Of a stretch of 64,000 bases of DNA, positions 55,678 through 64,000 are shown in pieces. How positions within the stretch are numbered: the stretch's first letter is position 1; every line of letters starts with the position of its first letter. The stretch covers positions 22,630,001 through 22,694,000 of the forward strand of contig OZ024756.1 of assembly GCA_964016885.1 (NCBI GenBank), read 5' to 3'. The translations under genes were made by a program, and so were the position numbers. Source of the DNA: Eledone cirrhosa. Lineage: Eukaryota. Under the pieces are notes generated by a model. It ran no database searches, had not been told where the DNA came from, and worked only from the letters and a program-made list of their open reading frames with translations.

Positions 55678-55962
55678 AATAAGATAATGCGAAGTAGTTT
55701 CAGATGTTAAAATCCTTTATTGATAAGGCTGTAATATATATTTCAATGACAACAGTGGCCTCGCGATTCCGTGTATCCAGTGCCATGCTTTCATCAGACA
55801 GCTACTGTCGTTAAAATTTGGATTTCCCCGGGAACGTAACCTTATTATGCAAGAAGCTGTCTGATGAGATCATGGCACTGGGTACGCGGAATCGCGAAAT
55901 ATGTATCTCAGCTTTATCAATAAAGGAATTTAACGCCTGAAACTACTTAGCATCTTCTTATT
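55678..55962. mobile_element. Palindromic insertion with a hammerhead core in each arm
   Basis: Minus 55728-55802 reads GCTGT-CTGATGA...GAAATATATATT-ACAGC. Plus 55855-55913 reads AGCTGT-CTGATGA...GAAATATGTATC-TCAGCT. Both are followed by CAATAAAGGA. Confidence 0.72.
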
Positions 55963-56039
55963 CTAAATATACTCCGTCATTCCTATGTGGAAGAAGTACG
56001 TTGAGTGCTTGAATTGAAATGCATCAGTATTTACCGTAC

Positions 56040-56109
<70 letters not shown>

Positions 56110-56183
56110 CTGATGGTAGCTAAGATGCTTCCACAGGCGGTATGCCGGTTGAGCACTCTATGGTCTTACAGAGCAGAGTATGA

Positions 56184-56435
56184 TATAATATAAAACGAAA
56201 AATCAGTGATGCATCTGAACTCAATTTATTGTGTGTTACAATTGTTTCGCCGGCGGACTGCTCGAGACACGATCATTGTGTGGTTCTGTCTGTGGATCTG
56301 TCTGATTTCTGGAGCAAATTCTTTCAAACCTGCGGGTCCAGAATGATCGAGTCTCGAGCTGTCCGCCGGGAAAACAATTGTAACACACAATAAATTGAGA
56401 TCAGATGCATCACTGATTTTTCGTTTTATATTATA
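56184..56435. mobile_element. Palindromic insertion with hammerhead 3' half
   Basis: Arms at ~56184-56277 and ~56342-56435. The outward-reading strands contain GAAACAATTGTA-ACACACAATAAA. Confidence 0.7.
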
Positions 56436-56834
56436 TATATATATATATCGACAGTCGATCGACTTTCGTCAAATCGGACCGAGGAAACAATGTTTCCGTT
56501 AGTCTTTCCAATTGCTAATACTATCTATCGGTCGCAACTCCTAGTAGAAGGAGCAACGTGAAATAAAATGTCTTGCTCAAGGACATAACGCATCATCCGG
56601 TCCAGGAAACGAACCCACAACTTGATGATTGCGAATCAAAGTCTCTAACCGCTCAGCCAACTGCCTATACACACACACACACACACATACAGACACACAC
56701 ACACACATACACAAACCATGAGAGTATCTTGGCCAGCCTATGATCTCTCAGCCGACTCTTGTATAACATGTAGTCTTGCTATATTACTGGTACATAATAA
56801 AAGGCAATGCAATGTAGCCTAGTTATATTATATT

Positions 56835-57378
56835 GGATTGGCAGTATCGGCAGAGGGTCGGACGCTAAGCTTTGTAGCACAGTTACGTCCCTTTACGGAC
56901 TGAGTTCAAATCCTGCCGAGGTTAACTTAGCCTTTCATCCTTACGGGGTCGATAAAATAAAGTACCAGTAATGCACTGGTTATTTCCTAGCCTTGTGCCA
57001 AAAGTAGAAACAGTTATTTTTACCAACTCAAGAAAGAGTTTAAATATATGTTTGGAAGTAGAGACAACGAAGAGGAACTGCAGCTAGATCCTGTCAACAA
57101 AATCTCCATATGGTTTAAGTCGGTCATGGGAAACCCGCGAAGCTTTCTGAATGGCTCGCCTAAGTCACCTAAGCGAAATCTTTATGATTTTTTTTTTTTT
57201 TTTTACCCCAAATTTTCAGTCGTAATTTATCTTTCTATCATTTTTACTTTGATGAAAATCCTGATGAAAATCCTGCCGAGGTTAACTTAGCCTTTCATCC
57301 TTACGGGGTCGATAAAATAAAGTACCAGTAATGCACTGGGTAATTGCTGGCCTTGTGCCAAAAAGTAGAAACAATTAT
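56835..57378 (+). mobile_element. SINE family 1 (56835-57016) plus a truncated copy (57266-57378)
   Basis: Family sequence. Both copies share the AAATCCTGCCGAGGTTAACTTAGCC variant. Confidence 0.82.
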
Positions 57379-57779
57379 ATTACTGACACATTGTATACAA
57401 CATGTTCTGCAAATATTCAGAATCAACTTCTGTGATTGCTTTATCGTAATCGTAATGATGGGAATGCCAGGTTGCTTAGGGGAAGTTGCTAAACCACGTA
57501 ACAGCCATGACCTAATGATACACAAGAGTGGGAATATCTACATAACATGAGAGAAATGTTGATAGCGCTATTTAAGTTATACAGATATATACTGATAAAC
57601 TCTCACTTAAGAGAAGACAGTGTTAACAATGTGCTTCACAAATATCACCAAATATCCGGTTTCATTAGATAAACATGTGTATGTATGTATGTATGTATGT
57701 ATGTATGTATGTATGCATGTGTGTGTATGTATGTATGTATGTATGTGTGTATGTATGTATGTATGTATGTATGTATGTA

Positions 57780-57812
<33 letters not shown>

Positions 57813-57962
57813 GTATGTATGTATGTATGTTTGTATGTATGTATGTACGTATGTACGTATGTACGTGTGTACGTGTGTATGTGTGTATGTGTGTATGTAT
57901 GTATGTATGTATGTTTATATACATATGTGCATATCTGTATACACACCCACACACATAATATT

Positions 57963-57996
<34 letters not shown>

Positions 57997-58022
57997 TCTT
58001 TTTTATATATATTTATTATATA

Positions 58023-58120
58023 CAGGGTGTCCCTAAAAATGTATACACGCTTTGATTAGCTGTACAGGCAATATCTACTAGAATGCTCTTGAAATGTGTA
58101 TACATTTTTGGGACACCCTG
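58023..58120. mobile_element. Tc1/mariner-like MITE
   Basis: TA-CAGGGTGTCCCTAAAAATGTATACAC ... GTGTATACATTTTTGGGACACCCTG-TA. Confidence 0.8.
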
Positions 58121-58566
58121 TATACATATGTACATATATATATATATATATAAATATAAGAGAATACGTATATATATGTGTGTGTACCTCTGTAAATGTG
58201 TGTGTGTGTGTGCCTCTGTGTATGTGCCTCTGTGTGTGCGTGCTTCTGTGACTTTGTCTGTCTGTGTGTGAACTTCTCTTTCTCTCACTCTGTGCCAGTG
58301 CGCCTGTGTGTATGTGTGGGTGTGTGTGTGCCTCTGTGCCTTTCTGTCTGTGTGTGTGTGTGTGTGTACCCCCCGCTCCTCTCACTCTCTTTGTGAGTGT
58401 ACATCAGCAGAGATAGATATCTCCACACATTACAATCTCAGAAGATTTCAAACATCACACAACGAAAAATATAGAGATTAAGATATAGGTAAAAAGATAT
58501 GGTGATGAAACTATAATGACACATCAGTGATGGCAGCATGCAACACTTTCGTCATATGAGATCTCA

Positions 58567-58742
58567 TAATTGTTTCTACTGTTGGCACAAGGCCAGCAAT
58601 TATCCCAGTGCATTACTGGTACTTTATTTTATCGACCCCGAAAGCATGAAAGGCAAAGTTAAAGTCGGCGGAATTTGAACTCAGATTGGAAAGGGCCGTA
58701 ATTGTATACATCAAAGCACGGCGTCCGACTCGCTACCGATAC
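58567..58742 (-). mobile_element. SINE family 1 (a diverged + strand variant follows at 58850-59090)
   Basis: Reverse complement of the family sequence. Confidence 0.82.
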
Positions 58743-59783
58743 TTGTAGTTCTCCTTTAAGCTGTCTCTTCCTACTGCGAATATAGGCCATCACATCGATA
58801 AAACAATGAAAATACGGAATAGTTATTTATCTATTTTATGAAGTAGTAAGGCGTTAGAACGTTGGATAGAATTCTTTGCTATATTCTTTTCGGCTCTCCT
58901 CTCTTTGAGTTCAAATCCCACCGAGTACAACTTTGTCTTTCACCCATCAAAGTTATTAAAAAAAGTACTAGTCTAGTAATGGAGTCGATTCGTTCTCTAT
59001 ATCTCCCTCTCACACCTTATCCTTCTCTCGAAGAAATCTGCTGTATTCAGACCCGGAGAAGTAATGGGCATTGCCAGGTTTTAAAATGCCCAATGTAGGC
59101 TCAATAAAATAGCACTCTCTTAACAAATTCTGCTACCTGATACGTGTATATGAGGACCTATGTGTGATCAGGGTGAAATCTGAGACAAAGCAGAGTGAAT
59201 CATAAAGCTGGAATGCTCAAGGGTCGACTGTGAAGTTTGGACGAGTCAACCATGATGAGGTATGGGAGCGATTGTAAGAAAGGAAATACAAATAAAATAT
59301 ACAATAGTGAAGAGGAACAACAAATCGTTGCCAATCACTGTGGTTGCTAATCATTGTGTGTTAGTTTCCCAGGGAGGGCCTTCCGATTTTCAAGACTTCC
59401 TTTTCCAGAAGGATGTCAATTTGTAAATATTTTCTCCTTGGTCTCATGGTAATTTTTAAAGATTTTTATAATATTTAGCGGATTAGATTTTTCATAGTGG
59501 TCCAAAGACTGGAAGGAGTATTTGAGCACTCTTCTCCCACGACCCTCTTCGGAATAAGTGATGAAGAAGAAGATATACATGGTATGTATGTATATATATA
59601 GCATGTATGCCATATATATATATATGAGCTATCGATTTAGGCACGATCGATACTGATTGTACGTTTAACTGATCGATCGCGAAACGCGTTTCACACGGGA
59701 ATAAATATAATGGTGGTAATTTGATACATCGATCCTAGTTTTTATCATTATTATTATTTTTATATATACATACATACACGCAC

Positions 59784-59820
<37 letters not shown>

Positions 59821-60024
59821 GCATATACATACAGACATATACACACAACACATACACTTATATATATATGTATAGATATAAATATGTGCGTATGTATATA
59901 CATACATATATATATATATATATGAATATAGACATAGAATATTCGAAAATATTCTGTATGTTTATAATAAACATTTTGAAGACCTAATCGCTATAGAATA
60001 GAATACGTCACGTATTACAATTAG

Positions 60025-60113
60025 ATTCTCGATAAAAGCAAGGGAAGTAATCTACGCGTTTCATTCTTGTTAGAATTCATCAGGACTACATATCCAGTGC
60101 TTCTATCGAGAAT
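60025..60113 (-). ncRNA. Type I hammerhead ribozyme (8 minus-strand cores at 310-bp spacing, the last at ~62195-62276)
   Basis: Reverse complement of the 62401-62489 motif: GTAATCTACGCGTTTCATTCTTGTTAGAATTCATCAGGACTAC. Confidence 0.88.
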
Positions 60114-62400
60114 GACACAGCTAGAGACTTATAGAATACTTAGCTGTGTACAGGAACTGGTTTGAAAGAGCGGTTGCCGGTCCGGCAGAAATTAGAAATT
60201 GGAATAAATGCTCTGAAATAGCGATATATATGTGAATATAGACATAGAATATTCGAAAATATTCTGTATGTTTATAATAAACATTTTGAAGACCTAATCG
60301 CTATAGAATAGAATACGTCACGTATTACAATTAGATTCTCGATAAAAGCAAGGGAAGTAATCTACGCGTTTCATTCTTGTTAGAATTCATCAGGACTACA
60401 TATCCAGTGCTTCTATCGAGAATGACACAGCTAGAGACTTATAGAATACTTAGCTGTGTACAGGAACTGGTTTGAAAGAGCGGTTGCCGGTCCGGCAGAA
60501 ATTAGAAATTGGAATAAATGCTCTGAAATAGCGATATATATGTGAATATAGACATAGAATATTCGAAAATATTCTGTATGTTTATAATAAACATTTTGAA
60601 GACCTAATCGCTATAGAATAGAATACGTCACGTATTACAATTAGATTCTCGATAAAAGCAAGGGAAGTAATCTACGCGTTTCATTCTTGTTAGAATTCAT
60701 CAGGACTACATATCCAGTGCTTCTATCGAGAATGACACAGCTAGAGACTTATAGAATACTTAGCTGTGTACAGGAACTGGTTTGAAAGAGCGGTTGCCGG
60801 TCCGGCAGAAATTAGAAATTGGAATAAATGCTCTGAAATAGCGATATATATGTGAATATAGACATAGAATATTCGAAAATATTCTGTATGTTTATAATAA
60901 ACATTTTGAAGACCTAATCGCTATAGAATAGAATACGTCACGTATTACAATTAGATTCTCGATAAAAGCAAGGGAAGTAATCTACGCGTTTCATTCTTGT
61001 TAGAATTCATCAGGACTACATATCCAGTGCTTCTATCGAGAATGACACAGCTAGAGACTTATAGAATACTTAGCTGTGTACAGGAACTGGTTTGAAAGAG
61101 CGGTTGCCGGTCCGGCAGAAATTAGAAATTGGAATAAATGCTCTGAAATAGCGATATATATGTGAATATAGACATAGAATATTCGAAAATATTCTGTATG
61201 TTTATAATAAACATTTTGAAGACCTAATCGCTATAGAATAGAATACGTCACGTATTACAATTAGATTCTCGATAAAAGCAAGGGAAGTAATCTACGCGTT
61301 TCATTCTTGTTAGAATTCATCAGGACTACATATCCAGTGCTTCTATCGAGAATGACACAGCTAGAGACTTATAGAATACTTAGCTGTGTACAGGAACTGG
61401 TTTGAAAGAGCGGTTGCCGGTCCGGCAGAAATTAGAAATTGGAATAAATGCTCTGAAATAGCGATATATATGTGAATATAGACATAGAATATTCGAAAAT
61501 ATTCTGTATGTTTATAATAAACATTTTGAAGACCTAATCGCTATAGAATAGAATACGTCACGTATTACAATTAGATTCTCGATAAAAGCAAGGGAAGTAA
61601 TCTACGCGTTTCATTCTTGTTAGAATTCATCAGGACTACATATCCAGTGCTTCTATCGAGAATGACACAGCTAGAGACTTATAGAATACTTAGCTGTGTA
61701 CAGGAACTGGTTTGAAAGAGCGGTTGCCGGTCCGGCAGAAATTAGAAATTGGAATAAATGCTCTGAAATAGCGATATATATGTGAATATAGACATAGAAT
61801 ATTCGAAAATATTCTGTATGTTTATAATAAACATTTTGAAGACCTAATCGCTATAGAATAGAATACGTCACGTATTACAATTAGATTCTCGATAAAAGCA
61901 AGGGAAGTAATCTACGCGTTTCATTCTTGTTAGAATTCATCAGGACTACATATCCAGTGCTTCTATCGAGAATGACACAGCTAGAGACTTATAGAATACT
62001 TAGCTGTGTACAGGAACTGGTTTGAAAGAGCGGTTGCCGGTCCGGCAGAAATTAGAAATTGGAATAAATGCTCTGAAATAGCGATATATATGTGAATATA
62101 GACATAGAATATTCGAAAATATTCTGTATGTTTATAATAAACATTTTGAAGACCTAATCGCTATAGAATAGAATACGTCACGTATTACAATTAGATTCTC
62201 GATAAAAGCAAGGGAAGTAATCTACGCGTTTCATTCTTGTTAGAATTCATCAGGACTACATATCCAGTGCTTCTATATTCACATATATATCGCTATTTCA
62301 GAGCATTTATTCCAATTTCTAATTTCTGCCGGACCGGCAACCGCTCTTTCAAACCAGTTCCTGTACACAGCTAAGTATTCTATAAGTCTCTAGCTGTGTC

Positions 62401-62489
62401 ATTCTCGATAGAAGCACTGGATATGTAGTCCTGATGAATTCTAACAAGAATGAAACGCGTAGATTACTTCCCTTGCTTTTATCGAGAAT
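62401..62489 (+). ncRNA. Type I hammerhead ribozyme (repeated every 310 bp; 5 complete + strand copies)
   Basis: GTAGTC-CTGATGA-ATTCT aaca AGAAT-GAAA-CGCGTA^GATTAC. Stem I is GTAGTC/GATTAC, extended by GGA/TCC and ATTCTCGATAGAAGCA/TGCTTTTATCGAGAAT. Predicted cleavage is after A62461. Confidence 0.88.
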
Positions 62490-64000
62490 CTAATTGTAAT
62501 ACGTGACGTATTCTATTCTATAGCGATTAGGTCTTCAAAATGTTTATTATAAACATACAGAATATTTTCGAATATTCTATGTCTATATTCACATATATAT
62601 CGCTATTTCAGAGCATTTATTCCAATTTCTAATTTCTGCCGGACCGGCAACCGCTCTTTCAAACCAGTTCCTGTACACAGCTAAGTATTCTATAAGTCTC
62701 TAGCTGTGTCATTCTCGATAGAAGCACTGGATATGTAGTCCTGATGAATTCTAACAAGAATGAAACGCGTAGATTACTTCCCTTGCTTTTATCGAGAATC
62801 TAATTGTAATACGTGACGTATTCTATTCTATAGCGATTAGGTCTTCAAAATGTTTATTATAAACATACAGAATATTTTCGAATATTCTATGTCTATATTC
62901 ACATATATATCGCTATTTCAGAGCATTTATTCCAATTTCTAATTTCTGCCGGACCGGCAACCGCTCTTTCAAACCAGTTCCTGTACACAGCTAAGTATTC
63001 TATAAGTCTCTAGCTGTGTCATTCTCGATAGAAGCACTGGATATGTAGTCCTGATGAATTCTAACAAGAATGAAACGCGTAGATTACTTCCCTTGCTTTT
63101 ATCGAGAATCTAATTGTAATACGTGACGTATTCTATTCTATAGCGATTAGGTCTTCAAAATGTTTATTATAAACATACAGAATATTTTCGAATATTCTAT
63201 GTCTATATTCACATATATATCGCTATTTCAGAGCATTTATTCCAATTTCTAATTTCTGCCGGACCGGCAACCGCTCTTTCAAACCAGTTCCTGTACACAG
63301 CTAAGTATTCTATAAGTCTCTAGCTGTGTCATTCTCGATAGAAGCACTGGATATGTAGTCCTGATGAATTCTAACAAGAATGAAACGCGTAGATTACTTC
63401 CCTTGCTTTTATCGAGAATCTAATTGTAATACGTGACGTATTCTATTCTATAGCGATTAGGTCTTCAAAATGTTTATTATAAACATACAGAATATTTTCG
63501 AATATTCTATGTCTATATTCACATATATATCGCTATTTCAGAGCATTTATTCCAATTTCTAATTTCTGCCGGACCGGCAACCGCTCTTTCAAACCAGTTC
63601 CTGTACACAGCTAAGTATTCTATAAGTCTCTAGCTGTGTCATTCTCGATAGAAGCACTGGATATGTAGTCCTGATGAATTCTAACAAGAATGAAACGCGT
63701 AGATTACTTCCCTTGCTTTTATCGAGAATCTAATTGTAATACGTGACGTATTCTATTCTATAGCGATTAGGTCTTCAAAATGTTTATTATAAACATACAG
63801 AATATTTTCGAATATTCTATGTCTATATTCACATATATATCGCTATTTCAGAGCATTTATTCCAATTTCTAATTTCTGCCGGACCGGCAACCGCTCTTTC
63901 AAACCAGTTCCTGTACACAGCTAAGTATTCTATAAGTCTCTAGCTGTGTCATTCTCGATAGAAGCACTGGATATGTAGTCCTGATGAATTCTAACAAGAA

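Larger units (their letters stand above)
59923..64000. mobile_element. Tandem array of 310-bp hammerhead-containing units (non-LTR retrozyme-like), with internal inversion; runs off the window end
   Basis: GACATAGAAT recurs at 59931, 60241, 60551, 60861, 61171, 61481, 61791 and 62101 (period 310). From 62272 the reverse complement repeats at 62272, 62582, 62892, 63202, 63512 and 63822. The left end abuts (TA)n. Confidence 0.9.

Noticed and set aside
59923-64000. CRISPR array, rDNA or 5S repeat interpretation of the 310-bp array
   Set aside because: The units are identical with no spacers, I see no rRNA, 5S or snRNA similarity, and the context is eukaryotic.

Overview
AT-rich eukaryotic, repeat-dominated DNA with no supportable host protein-coding exon. 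The SINE families and extreme (TA)n/(CA)n/(GA)n density suggest a coleoid cephalopod such as Octopus, which is an inference. Almost all ORFs in the supplied track are translated microsatellites. The window contains a 5'-truncated but open Tx1/L1-clade LINE ORF, 3' fragments of RTE and R4/Dong-like LINEs, a decayed Penelope-like GIY-YIG endonuclease, about 25 tRNA-derived SINE copies, several TA-flanked MITEs and a 200-N gap. The strongest signal is at 59923-64000: a tandem array of apparently identical 310-bp units, each carrying a well-formed type I hammerhead ribozyme. This is the architecture of a non-LTR retrozyme (circular-RNA retroelement). The array flips orientation at a 5-bp microhomology near 62272-62276. 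The rest of the window holds more than a dozen unrelated short insertions in (TA)n tracts. Many of them carry intact or decayed minimal hammerhead cores and share the same divergent, 3'-ends-outward palindromic geometry, suggesting one Penelope-driven, (TA)n-targeted integration process. All structures were read by eye and coordinates are approximate to a few bases.
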